From an uncultured Bacillales bacterium (GTDB taxonomy: Bacteria; Bacillota_I; Bacilli_A; RF39; UBA660), in assembly GCA_946623125.1 (NCBI GenBank), contig CAMOQR010000003.1:1-57574 (forward strand): DNA of 57,574 bases, given 5' to 3'. This document shows, piece after piece, positions 34,631 to 45,000 of the stretch (the stretch's first letter is position 1; every line of letters starts with the position of its first letter). The position numbers were made by a program, and so were the translations under genes. The notes under the pieces are model-generated. The model was not told the origin of the DNA, ran no database searches, and saw only the letters and a list, made by a program, of their open reading frames with translations.

Positions 34631-36088
34631 TTTATTATATTTTTCTCTTTTGTCTTGCTTTTTCAATATGATACTGAAGATAATTATTATTCCTAAGGAT
34701 AGAATTAGATTATAAAAATTATTTCCTGTTTTGGGATTATTATTTATCATCGTACTTTTTTCAGATGAATATTTAATAATTTTTTTATTTGGCACTATGT
34801 TTGTTGTAATTACAGATACTTTATATTCTTTATATTCTACGTCTTCACCAATTGCTGCCACACAGTATTTTGGATAATAAAAAGTATTTTCTGATACTTG
34901 ATAATATAGTCCTCCTAAATTTGGTCCTTGATAGGGGCTTGAGCATCCTCCCCCTTTGTAATAAAATTCACTTCCACATGCATATGTAAGAAAATGGGTC
35001 CCATCCTTTACAAATGCTCTAATGCTTTCAATTTGTTGATATTCTTTTAAAATAATTGTGTCATTTGTAATTTTTTCTTTTCCTTCTATTTGTATCGTTG
35101 CGATAAGATTGTCTTGCGTATGATTTTTATTTTTTAAAGAATAAAATGTGCTTTCGATATCTATATATTCATTTTGGATTTCATCATATTCTTCTATAGT
35201 ATCCGTAAATGTAGATAGTTCCCAATTGTCCGATACTTGTATGTTTTTTACATTAATCGTCTCATCATTTACAGAAAAAACAATAAAATCTATATTTTGT
35301 GGATTTGTTGATACTATTTTTGCTGTTCCTGTTTCATTTTTTTCCATTTCATTTACTTCTAAAGATACATCACTATAATCGTTTTCTTTATATACTATAA
35401 AGGCTCTTTTATAAGTATTATCTACATTTCCATCATAATCTATATGGTCTTCATTAAAATAATCATCTACTAATTGATTTATTCTATTTTTTTCTTCGTC
35501 AGTAAAACTAAAATTTGCAAATAAAGAATTTATGTCTGTTGTATATCCAAGAAACTGATAGAAATCAATGTTTTTGTAATTATCTCCTCTTGTATATGAA
35601 TCTATATAACATTTCTCACTTTCCTCTTGTGCTGTCGTGCAGGAAACATCTGTTATTAATTCTGTTATTGGTTTACCAATTGGAATTTCTTTGTATTGAT
35701 AATAACTATTCCATTTTTCTGTATAGCTTGTGTCATTACATGTCAATTGATCAGGAGAGTAATATTCCATTTGTTCTTCACATTCTTCTTTGCTTGTATA
35801 ATATTCGTTATCTGAATAATTATAAGTTTTCTCTTCTACATATGTTGTATCATATATATTGTCTGAGGCAAAATTTGCAAGTACAAAATTATTGTTTTTG
35901 TCAAAATATATTACGTATTGATAATCTTTAAAAAACACTTCATCACCTGTTGATATTATATTTCCTAATCCTTCCCAACCATTAAACTTTGTATAGTTCG
36001 AACTTTCAAAGTTAGCCATTACTTTTGTTGTAAGTGTTATTAAAAATACAGCAACAATTAAAACGAAAAATGTTCTCTTCTTTTTCAC
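34628..36088 (-). CDS. secreted Cys-rich protein of unknown family with NPKTG sorting-like signal (paralog A)
   Basis: GTG start. Signal peptide MKKKRTFFVLIVAVFLITLTTKVMA. C-terminus NNPKTGNN plus a hydrophobic span plus KKQDKREKYNK. Alignable along its length with 36362-37789 and 38440-39867. Confidence 0.75.
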   Translation of the reverse strand: MKKKRTFFVLIVAVFLITLTTKVMANFESSNYTKFNGWEGLGNIISTGDEVFFKDYQYVIYFDKNNNFVLANFASDNIYDTTYVEEKTYNYSDNEYYTSKEECEEQMEYYSPDQLTCNDTSYTEKWNSYYQYKEIPIGKPITELITDVSCTTAQEESEKCYIDSYTRGDNYKNIDFYQFLGYTTDINSLFANFSFTDEEKNRINQLVDDYFNEDHIDYDGNVDNTYKRAFIVYKENDYSDVSLEVNEMEKNETGTAKIVSTNPQNIDFIVFSVNDETINVKNIQVSDNWELSTFTDTIEEYDEIQNEYIDIESTFYSLKNKNHTQDNLIATIQIEGKEKITNDTIILKEYQQIESIRAFVKDGTHFLTYACGSEFYYKGGGCSSPYQGPNLGGLYYQVSENTFYYPKYCVAAIGEDVEYKEYKVSVITTNIVPNKKIIKYSSEKSTMINNNPKTGNNFYNLILSLGIIIIFSIILKKQDKREKYNK

Positions 36089-36129
36089 TTTTTATCCTTC
36101 TTTCTATTTTATTAGTTTTATTGTATCAT

Positions 36130-36222
36130 TTATATGCGTTCTGGACAATATTTTTTAAATGGCCAACGATAATGTGATGTAATCTCTGATTTATAAATCA
36201 TATCCTCTTCTTTGGCTTCTTC
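36130..36222 (-). pseudogene. remnant of the last 30 codons of a DUF1287-family gene (duplication scar)
   Basis: Reads EEAKEEDMIYKSEITSHYRWPFKKYCPERI*, versus EGAKEEDKIYKAEITSHYRWPFEENVVKNTSK* at the 3' end of 37827-38450. An in-frame TAA lies immediately upstream. Confidence 0.75.
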
Positions 36223-36312
36223 TTAATATTTTAAATCTTTCTTGTGTAGTTAGATGCATTATCTAGTCTTATCTTTTTCTTTTATTCGTTCCTTTATTTT
36301 TTTAAAATACAC

Positions 36313-36350
36313 TAAAAAAAAGAATAATGGATATTATTACCATTATTCTT
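36313..36350 (-). terminator. terminator after surface-protein paralog B
   Basis: AAGAATAATGG-N9-CCATTATTCTT followed by T7. Confidence 0.65.
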
Positions 36351-36361
36351 TTTTTAATCAT

Positions 36362-37789
36362 CTATTTCTTTTTTTCTTGTTTTTTTAATAGAATGGAAAA
36401 GATAAGAATTATTTCTAAAGATAGTACAAGGGGGATAACACTTCGTTGCGTTTTTGGATTATTATTTATAATAATCTTTTGTGGGGAAGAATATTTTATA
36501 ATTTTTTTATTTGGTACTGCGTCTTTTGTTCTTATTGGTACTTTATAATCATCGTATTCTATGTTATTATCTTTTCCAATAACACAATATTGAGGATAAT
36601 AAAATGTATTTTCTGCTATTTGATTGTATGAGTTTCCTTGGTCTGCTGATTGATATGGACTATCACAGCCTCCACCACTATAATTAAATTCACTTCCACA
36701 TCCATATGTATGATAATGCTCTCCGTCTTTTACAAAGGCTTTTATGTTCTCCATTTGTTGGTATTCTTTTATAATAACTGTATCATCTGTAATTTTTTCT
36801 TTTCCCTCTATTTGTATCGTTGCAATAAAATTGTCTTGTGTATGATTTTTATTTTTCAAAGAATAAAATGTTCTTTCAATATCTATATATTCATCTTGTA
36901 TTTCATCATATTCTTCTGTTACATCGGTAAATGTGGATAATTCCCAATTATCTGATGCCTTTAAATTCTTTACATTTGCCACTTGTTCATTAATAGAAAA
37001 CACAATATAATCAATATTCTGAGGATTTGATGATACTAATCTTGCGTTATTGGTTTCGTTCTTTGCTGTTTCTGTTAATTCTAATGTTACATCTGTATAG
37101 TGGTTTTCTTTATACACAACAAGATGATGATTTGTTGCTATCCCATACTTTTCTATTAGTTCGTTTAGTTTTGTTTTTTCTTCATTTGTAAAGTTAAAAT
37201 TTTCATATAATTTATTTACATCTTTTACATATCCGATAAATTGATATGTTTCAATATTTTTATAATTATTGTCTCTTTTATAGGAGTCTATATAACACTT
37301 TTTACTTTCATCTTGAGTTGTTAAACATTCAACTTCTTTTATGGTATCAGTAATTGGTTCTCCTAGAGGAATTTCAAAACTAGTATAATTATAATATCTT
37401 TTTAGTGTATAGCTTGTATTATTACATATTAGTTCATCTGGATCATCTGGACTGCTATAATAGTATTCTCTTTCCTCTTCACATTCTTCTTTGCTTGTAT
37501 AATATTCGTTATCTGAATAATTATAAGTTAGCTCTTCAAGATATGTCATGTCATATATTTCGTCTGACGTGAAATTGGCAAGGACAAAATTGTCATCTTT
37601 ATCCAAATATATTGCATTTTGAATATCAGCCAGTCTTATTTTTTCCCCTTTTTCAATTACTTCTCCTAAACCATCCCAACCACCAGAATGGCTATAATCC
37701 CATTCATCAAAATACGCCATCACTTTTGTTGTAAGTGTTATTAAAAATACGGCAACAATTAAAACGAAAAATGTTCTCTTCTTTCTCAT
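36362..37789 (-). CDS. secreted Cys-rich protein of unknown family, paralog B (sorting-like signal NPKTQ)
   Basis: Signal peptide MRKKRTFFVLIVAVFLITLTTKVMA differs from paralog A only at residue 2 (R for K). C-terminus NNNPKTQRS plus a hydrophobic span (containing a Glu) plus KKQEKKK. Confidence 0.75.
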   Translation of the reverse strand: MRKKRTFFVLIVAVFLITLTTKVMAYFDEWDYSHSGGWDGLGEVIEKGEKIRLADIQNAIYLDKDDNFVLANFTSDEIYDMTYLEELTYNYSDNEYYTSKEECEEEREYYYSSPDDPDELICNNTSYTLKRYYNYTSFEIPLGEPITDTIKEVECLTTQDESKKCYIDSYKRDNNYKNIETYQFIGYVKDVNKLYENFNFTNEEKTKLNELIEKYGIATNHHLVVYKENHYTDVTLELTETAKNETNNARLVSSNPQNIDYIVFSINEQVANVKNLKASDNWELSTFTDVTEEYDEIQDEYIDIERTFYSLKNKNHTQDNFIATIQIEGKEKITDDTVIIKEYQQMENIKAFVKDGEHYHTYGCGSEFNYSGGGCDSPYQSADQGNSYNQIAENTFYYPQYCVIGKDNNIEYDDYKVPIRTKDAVPNKKIIKYSSPQKIIINNNPKTQRSVIPLVLSLEIILIFSILLKKQEKKK

Positions 37790-37826
37790 TTTTTATCCTT
37801 CTTTCTATTTTATTAGTTTTATTGTA

Positions 37827-38450
37827 TCATTTGGATGTATTTTTTACAACATTTTCTTCAAATGGCCAACGATAATGCGATGTTATTTCTGCTTTATAAA
37901 TCTTATCCTCTTCTTTGGCTCCTTCTTGATTAAAATGCAGTATATAAGGGAGATTTTGTTCATTTTTTTTATCAGATAATATAGCAATATGTTGATCTGT
38001 ATTATAAATAATAATATCTCCTGGTTGCCACATTTCTTTTTCTTCTAAGTTGGTTGTTAATGAGATAGCATTTCTATCTAAAAATATTTTGATATTTCTT
38101 ACTCGTCGGAAATCGATGTTTGGATCTGGTTTTGTAATCGTTTTATATTCTTTTAGATTTTTTCGAATATCTTCATCTATTTTCATTTTAAAATTAATTC
38201 CTGCATATTTAAAAGAATACCAAATGATATCAGTGCAAACACCTCTGTTATCATTCGGATATCCTCCCTTATAATATCGACTATAATAGATTGGTTTTTT
38301 TTCTATGTATTTTCTTGCTCCAAAAACAATTTGTTCTTGCATGTTTCTTTCTTTTGACTGCTCTTTCTTATTTTCATTTTTTGAATTTAGGATTGTTAAA
38401 ATGCCTAAGATTATTACTAATGGTAAAATTATTATAATTTTATTTTTCAT
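37827..38450 (-). CDS. DUF1287-family protein (NlpC/P60-like fold family), N-terminal membrane anchor
   Basis: GVCTDIIWYSFKYAGINF...DPNIDFRRVRNIKIFL...WQPGDIIIYN...HIAILS matches my recollection of the DUF1287 consensus. Confidence 0.6.
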   Translation of the reverse strand: MKNKIIIILPLVIILGILTILNSKNENKKEQSKERNMQEQIVFGARKYIEKKPIYYSRYYKGGYPNDNRGVCTDIIWYSFKYAGINFKMKIDEDIRKNLKEYKTITKPDPNIDFRRVRNIKIFLDRNAISLTTNLEEKEMWQPGDIIIYNTDQHIAILSDKKNEQNLPYILHFNQEGAKEEDKIYKAEITSHYRWPFEENVVKNTSK

Positions 38451-39867
38451 ATTGTTTAATATCTTCTTTATTAAAGAGTCTTGAAAATAACATCATAATA
38501 ACTATGATTCCTAAAGATACTAGCATTACTATAAAATTGTTTCCCGTTTTAGGATTTTCATTCGGAGTTTTGGTGCGTACTTTCGAGTATTCAATTGTTG
38601 GTTTATTTGGTAGAACATTTATTGTTGTCAATGATGCAGTGTATTTTTTGTATTCGACGTCATCTATATCAGATGTTTTACAATAATCAGGATAATAGTA
38701 TAAATCATTTGTTATTTGAAAAAATGACGTTCCTAAATTCTTATTCTGATATGGAGTGTCGCATCCTGCACCATTATAGTAGTCATCCCAACCACTTCCG
38801 TAATCTATATATTCTTCTCCATCTTTTACAAATGCCATCATTTTTTCAATTTGTTGATATTCGCTTATTACAATTGTATCATTATTTATATTTGTTTTTC
38901 CTTCAAGTTGAATAGATGCAATTTCAGATTTTGATGAAGCATTTTTATTTTTTAATGAGTAAAATGTTTGAGTGATTGTTTTCCATTCATCATCATTATC
39001 ATCATATTTTTCAGTTTTATCTTCAAAAGTTTTCAATTCCCAATCATCACTTACATTAATATTCTTTACACTTGCCGTATTATTATTAATTGTAAATATA
39101 ATATAATCTATTTTTTGAGGATCACTTGAAACTAGTTGAGCATTACCTACTTCGTTTTTTGAAATATTATCTAATTTTAAAGTTACATCGGTCGCACCGT
39201 CTTCCTTATATACCGCAAAATGATTTGCTTCTTCATATGCTGTTGGTTCTTTTCTCAAGAAATACTCTGAAACGAACTTGTTTATTTGATTTTTTTCTTC
39301 TTCTGTAAAGTTGAAAGCATGATAAAGTAATTGAGGATTTTGTACATCACCTATATATTGATATGAGTCTATGTTTTTATAATTTTCATTTCTTATAATA
39401 GATTCTACTTTACACTTATTATTTGTATCTGTTAAACATGGTAAATCCGTTATTGTTTGAGTTACGGGTTCCCCTATTCTAGAATATTTTGTACCGTTGT
39501 ATCGTGTTTCCGAATAAGTATAACTATCTTGATTACATATTTTTCCCGAATAATCATTTGACTCACATTCTTCTTTATTAGTATAGTCAGATTGATCATC
39601 ATCATATTTGATTATAACTGTTTCAGTATACTCACCATCATAAATATTATTTGATAAAAAATTTGCCAATACAAAGTTATTGTTTTTATCAATATAAATC
39701 ATATTTTGCATTTCTTGTATCGTATATCTTTCGCCCTTCTTCATAGAATGTCCTATTCCATAGTAATTTGAATAGTTATATGTGTCGTACCATGCACTAA
39801 CATTTTTGGGTTTTAAATTTAATAATACTATTAATAATACAATTATAACAATATATTTTTTTCTCAT
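38440..39867 (-). CDS. secreted Cys-rich protein of unknown family, paralog C (NPKTG sorting-like signal)
   Basis: Start taken at MRKKYIVIIVLL. C-terminus ENPKTGNN plus a hydrophobic span plus a charged tail. Shares FVLANF, NYKNI.SYQ, TFYSLKNKN, AFVKDGE and YYYP.YC blocks with paralogs A and B. Confidence 0.75.
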   Translation of the reverse strand: MRKKYIVIIVLLIVLLNLKPKNVSAWYDTYNYSNYYGIGHSMKKGERYTIQEMQNMIYIDKNNNFVLANFLSNNIYDGEYTETVIIKYDDDQSDYTNKEECESNDYSGKICNQDSYTYSETRYNGTKYSRIGEPVTQTITDLPCLTDTNNKCKVESIIRNENYKNIDSYQYIGDVQNPQLLYHAFNFTEEEKNQINKFVSEYFLRKEPTAYEEANHFAVYKEDGATDVTLKLDNISKNEVGNAQLVSSDPQKIDYIIFTINNNTASVKNINVSDDWELKTFEDKTEKYDDNDDEWKTITQTFYSLKNKNASSKSEIASIQLEGKTNINNDTIVISEYQQIEKMMAFVKDGEEYIDYGSGWDDYYNGAGCDTPYQNKNLGTSFFQITNDLYYYPDYCKTSDIDDVEYKKYTASLTTINVLPNKPTIEYSKVRTKTPNENPKTGNNFIVMLVSLGIIVIMMLFSRLFNKEDIKQYEK

Positions 39868-39905
39868 AATCAAGATCTCCTACTCTATTTTTATTATAGC
39901 ATATT

Positions 39906-41084
39906 TTATAGTAGTCCACTATGAATTTTCCAAGCAATGATTCTGGTTACTGCTGTATTTATTACTTTTTCGGATATTTTTTTCTCATTATAGGCATTTA
40001 ATAGTTCATTTCTCATTTGTATAAAATCACTCGTTATTATCATGTCCTCTCCTGCATTAATTGCAAGAGTTGCTGCATTTCCATCATCTACATATTCTTT
40101 TACTGCAGACATTGCCAAATCATCTGTCATAATAATTCCTGTATATCCTAATTTATCTCTTAATTCACTAATTACTCTTTTACTTAAAGAGGAAGGATAT
40201 TTTTCATCTATCGATTTTACAATATTGTGAGAAACTAAAATAGATGGTACATTTGCTTGTATTCCTGCCATAAATGGTTTATAGTCATTCTCTAAAAAAA
40301 TGTTATATTCTCTTTCATCAATTGCTACTCCTGTATGAGTATCTTTATTATTTCCATATCCTGGAAAATGTTTTAAGCAAGAATTCATATTATTCTGATT
40401 TGCAACATTTACCATTTTTTCTATATATTCACTTGTTTTTTCTGTATCATATCCAAATGAACGATTATAAATAAAATCATTTGGATTTGTTGATAAGTCT
40501 GCTACTGGTGCAAGATTTAAGTTTATTCCTATCTCTTTTAATAATTCTATTTTTTCCTTTTCCATTTCTTCTAAGTAATCATATCCACCTTGATCATAAT
40601 AATATCTTGGTGTTTCAAAGCTATCATATCTAAAGTTTTTATATTTGCTTACTCTTGTTACATATCCGCCTTCTTCATCTACTCCGATGATTAGTGGATA
40701 TTTATGTTTTGATTGAACTTCAGATAATTCTTTTTTTATACTTTCTTTATTATGATTTTCAAAATCTCTTGCAAATAAAATGTAGCCTCCCGGATAATAA
40801 TCTTTGTATTCATCTACTTTTGTTTTGGAATATCTAACTAGGAATAATTGCCCTATTTTTTCTTCTATTGTCATATTTTTTACAATGTCTTGAGCACTAT
40901 GATATTCTTTATTAAATACTCCGTAGTCTATTTTTTCTTGGAATATTTTTGATTCTTTTTTCATTTCTTTTTTTCCATAATAAATATCATATATATCTCT
41001 TATTATAAAGACGTATCCTATTATTACTAAAAATAAGAATATCCAAATTATTTTTCTTTTCCATTTCCTTTTTCTTCTTTTCAT
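39906..41084 (-). CDS. membrane-anchored GH3-family beta-N-acetylhexosaminidase-like glycosidase (NagZ/YbbD-like)
   Basis: N-terminal TM. GGYILF, IGVDEEGGYVTR and KHFPGYGNNKDTH motifs of the GH3 N-terminal domain. Confidence 0.75.
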   Translation of the reverse strand: MKRRKRKWKRKIIWIFLFLVIIGYVFIIRDIYDIYYGKKEMKKESKIFQEKIDYGVFNKEYHSAQDIVKNMTIEEKIGQLFLVRYSKTKVDEYKDYYPGGYILFARDFENHNKESIKKELSEVQSKHKYPLIIGVDEEGGYVTRVSKYKNFRYDSFETPRYYYDQGGYDYLEEMEKEKIELLKEIGINLNLAPVADLSTNPNDFIYNRSFGYDTEKTSEYIEKMVNVANQNNMNSCLKHFPGYGNNKDTHTGVAIDEREYNIFLENDYKPFMAGIQANVPSILVSHNIVKSIDEKYPSSLSKRVISELRDKLGYTGIIMTDDLAMSAVKEYVDDGNAATLAINAGEDMIITSDFIQMRNELLNAYNEKKISEKVINTAVTRIIAWKIHSGLL

Positions 41085-41092
41085 ATTTTATC

Positions 41093-41941
41093 CTACTTCA
41101 TTATTCTTTTAAATTCTGTTGGAATACCTGTTTCTAATAATATTTCTTTTTTTATTTCTGGATAATACATTTTTAATCGATTTGCATGTAAATAAAGCCT
41201 TGTTTCTTTATCTTTTTTGTCACCATATTTTTTATCTCCGACTATTGGATTATTTAGAGATGCCATTGCAACTCTAATTTGATTCTTTCTTCCTGTTTCA
41301 ATATTAATTTGTAATAAGGAATAATTATTGTTTTCTTTTAATACTTTATAATTTGTTATGGCTTCTTTTCCTTCTTTATCATGAGATTCATATACTAGAT
41401 TTGTTTTAGTTTCTTTTAAATATTGTGTTATTTTATCTTCTTTCTTTTTTAATGTTCCATGTACAACGGCAGTATATTCTCTTAGACTTACATATTGATT
41501 CCAGTTTTCTTGTAATTTATTTTTCGTTTTCTCATCTTTTGCTAAAACTACAATTCCACTAGTTTCTTTATCTAATCGATGTACAATAAACACTTTTGCA
41601 TTTTTATTTTTACTTACTAGATATTCTCTTACCATATGATATAATGTGTGTTCTTTTTCTTTTTCTGTTGCAATGGTAAGAAGGCCACTTGGTTTATTAA
41701 CTGCAATAATATGTTCATCTTCCATTAATATTTCAAATGGTAATGTCTTTTGATTCTTATTGTCTGTTGCAATGGTAATATTCATTCCTGCTATTAATTT
41801 GTAATTATATTGTGTCGTCTTATTATTATTTACATATATAGAACCATGTGTTAAATATTGTTTAATTCTTTTTTTAGGCATATCTAAATGATTATATAGA
41901 TACTCTAATAACTCTCCATCTTTTTCTACTTTTAATTTCAT
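41093..41941 (-). CDS. RluA-family pseudouridine synthase with N-terminal S4-like domain
   Basis: HRLDKETSGIVVLAKD catalytic-Asp motif and GRKNQIRV. Confidence 0.8.
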   Translation of the reverse strand: MKLKVEKDGELLEYLYNHLDMPKKRIKQYLTHGSIYVNNNKTTQYNYKLIAGMNITIATDNKNQKTLPFEILMEDEHIIAVNKPSGLLTIATEKEKEHTLYHMVREYLVSKNKNAKVFIVHRLDKETSGIVVLAKDEKTKNKLQENWNQYVSLREYTAVVHGTLKKKEDKITQYLKETKTNLVYESHDKEGKEAITNYKVLKENNNYSLLQINIETGRKNQIRVAMASLNNPIVGDKKYGDKKDKETRLYLHANRLKMYYPEIKKEILLETGIPTEFKRIMK

Positions 41942-42019
41942 ACAATCACCTTTTTTCTACTGGTATTATATTATATTTTTGTTGTTTGTTCAAACTTATT
42001 TCATAGAAAAACCAATGTT

Positions 42020-45000
42020 TTATTCATTGGCTTTTTCTTTTTTTATTATTCTATAAATTGGGAATATTGATAGACTTAGTATTGTTCCTAAAATAATGAC
42101 TATTGGAACATAGGTCTTCGGATTCTTAACAGTATAAGTATTTACAAATTCTACATCACTTGTTTTTTGATCTATTATTTGTCCTTTTTCTCCACTACTT
42201 GTCATCGTATATCCCTTTACTTCATATCCTACTTCTTCAATTTCATAGTAATATCCGGCAGGTAGATTTTTAATTTCTAAAGATTCATTTGATTTTACTG
42301 TAAACTTAGCAACTCCATTTTCAAAAGTTAATCCACCTATTTCTCCATTTACGGATTCATCAACAATTTCTGTAGAATTTGCTGATACTTCTTCTAACAT
42401 TTCTTTGCTTATTGAATCATGATCGTTTTCTCGTTGTAATTCTTTTCTAAATTCATTTTCTCTTATTGATCTTCCACGTGATTCAAATACTTCAGGTGAC
42501 ATTAAGCGAATGATAAATTGGAATTCATCTTTCTCTGGGAATAAATCTCCTTTTATTCTCTTATTTACTTTAATTGTTCCTGTTTCTATCCTGTGTTCTG
42601 TCGTTTCTGATTTTATTTCAAATGTCTTATTATTAAATGCTTTTAAAGCAAAGTTATTATCAACTTGTGTATTGATTAGACTTTTTGGAGTTGTAGGTAT
42701 TAGAATATGAATTTCTTCTTGTGCTAATATTTGACTGATTTCAAATGTTAATTTGCTTCCGGAGTTTGTCATTTTAACTAGCGATGAATCTTTTAATAAT
42801 GTTGAATTGTCTTCATTTCCAATTCCTTCTTTATAGAATGATATTTCATCTAAATTTGGTGTAACATTACTTGGTATGTCATCTTCAATAATTACTTTTG
42901 AAAATGACTCATGTTCATTATTATTGGATACTGATAAATTATATACCAAATTTTCTTTAAATTTAACAGTAGGTAAATCTTTCTTGTTAACTTTTGCTGT
43001 CTTTCTTATATTTAGTTTTGGAGTCGTAATTCCTACCTTTGTGTATTCATATACGGACAAATTGAAATGTGCTGGTTCATCTCCTTGTTTTGTTGTTCCG
43101 CTCCACCATGCTGCATTATACGCATAAGCATTGTTTTTTTCTAATTCTTCAACATTTCTTGTTGGAGCCTGCATTGTAATTGTTGCAACAACACTCTCTT
43201 CGTTTTCTAGTATGAAGGCATCTCCTGATTTCTTTTTACTAATATCAATTGCAATTGCTGTTACTCTAGATAAATCATCTGGCGGCGTAGTTGTCCATTT
43301 TGAATTATTTGCCAAATCATTAATGCTGCTTGGAAGTGGCTTGTCAATACTTGCCTTTCCATTGTCATATATATTGAAACTTGATGGATCACTTGTTGAA
43401 TAATAAACAACTGGATTTGCTCCTTTTTTTTCTATTTGACTGGTATCAATTGATACAAATGAGCCTTTCCATTGTTCTTTATCTTTTGATTGATAATTTT
43501 CTAATATGTCATAAATTACTAAATCTGATGTAGATAGGTTTCTTTGTGTTGCATATCTTAATCGATAGGTATAATATCCTCCACCTGTTGTTTTTGCACT
43601 TCCATCTTGCCCGTCAGTATATTCATCTAGTCCTGGTGTAATAACAGCCTTATTAAAGAATGAATCAGATGCTGTATTGAAGGAGAAGGATGCACTTCTT
43701 TGGGCATATACTGTGTCTTTTTTCGTTGATGCATTTCCGTCTTGATCTAAATCTATAAAGTAATCTTTATCTACATAAGATGAACTAAGTTCTGATGAGT
43801 CGTCAGCATATCCATTACTTAAATCTGTGTTTTCTGATTTATAAGCAACTGTATTGACTAGGGAATTTCCATAATCTGGAATTCTATCCCAGTCATAATA
43901 TCCTGTAAATTTTAATACAAATCCTGAGTACACATATCTTTCTGTGGATGTTCCTTTCGGTACATAATTTGATGATTGGTCAGCAGGCAATGCTACGGAT
44001 ACTACCATCATGGTTCTTCCTGAATTTTTCCAGTTTTCAATTTTTGACACCTTTGTTGGTACAACTATTCCTGCCTTTAATGATGTTGGACTACTTGGTG
44101 TACTTGAATCAGTAATGGTTGTATCAAATGTTTCAACGGTAACTGTTTCTGGTGAGACTGTCATTCCCTTTGGAAGTAAATCATAGAATGTTCCGGCTTT
44201 TTGTTCTTTCAAAATTTTCATGTCAATCATATCAGTATCCGATAGATTATTGCTATTATATGTTACTCTTTCATACGATACAGCCGTGTATTCTGCTTCA
44301 ATTCTTCGTTTTGCCGTATTATTACTATATTTTACCCACTTATCACTATACGTTTTTCCATCAACTATTCTTGTATAGATTGTTGCATAACCTGTTGTTG
44401 GTCCATATTCTGTATATGGTCTGCTATAGTAATGATAATGATATATTTCCTTTCCGTAATCTGCAATATCTTTGGCATTTACAATTTCTGAAATTTTTCC
44501 ATTTGGTAATGTTTGATAACTCCCTCTATCATCTACTTCTTTACTATAGATATTTCCTTTATAATCCACTGCATAAGAACCGCTATAATTGTATAATTTT
44601 ACACTTTTTTGATTTTTCATGATATTTTTCACGTGAGCACTTGGTTTTAATCTGACGTGAACATATAAAGTCATACTAATGGAATAATTTTTATTTGTAG
44701 AGACCGCTTTAACACCACTTACTCCTTCAGGAAGAGGAATTCCATATATATTATTTTTCTTATTTGTACAATCATAGGATTTTATTGTTTCATCTAATAA
44801 TTCATAATCATAAGTGTAGTTTCCTACTTTTGTTACTTTTGCAAAATAATTCCATTCCCCATTCTTTTTATAATATAGAAGAATGGGTGGTAAATCGGAT
44901 GTGTTTGTTGATGTTGTTGTCCATCCAGTATAGTTTGTTGTTACTTTTGTCGAACTATTTGTAGAACTCCACTGACTATATATATAATTGGTTCCCGAGT

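Noticed and set aside
36327-36548. Plus-strand ORF 36327-36548 and other antisense ORFs within the surface-protein paralogs (35148-35378, 35515-35931, 36446-36940, 38504-39308)
   Set aside because: They are antisense to well-supported, mutually homologous minus-strand genes or overlap a terminator. Their products are Ile/Phe/Leu-rich with no RBS.
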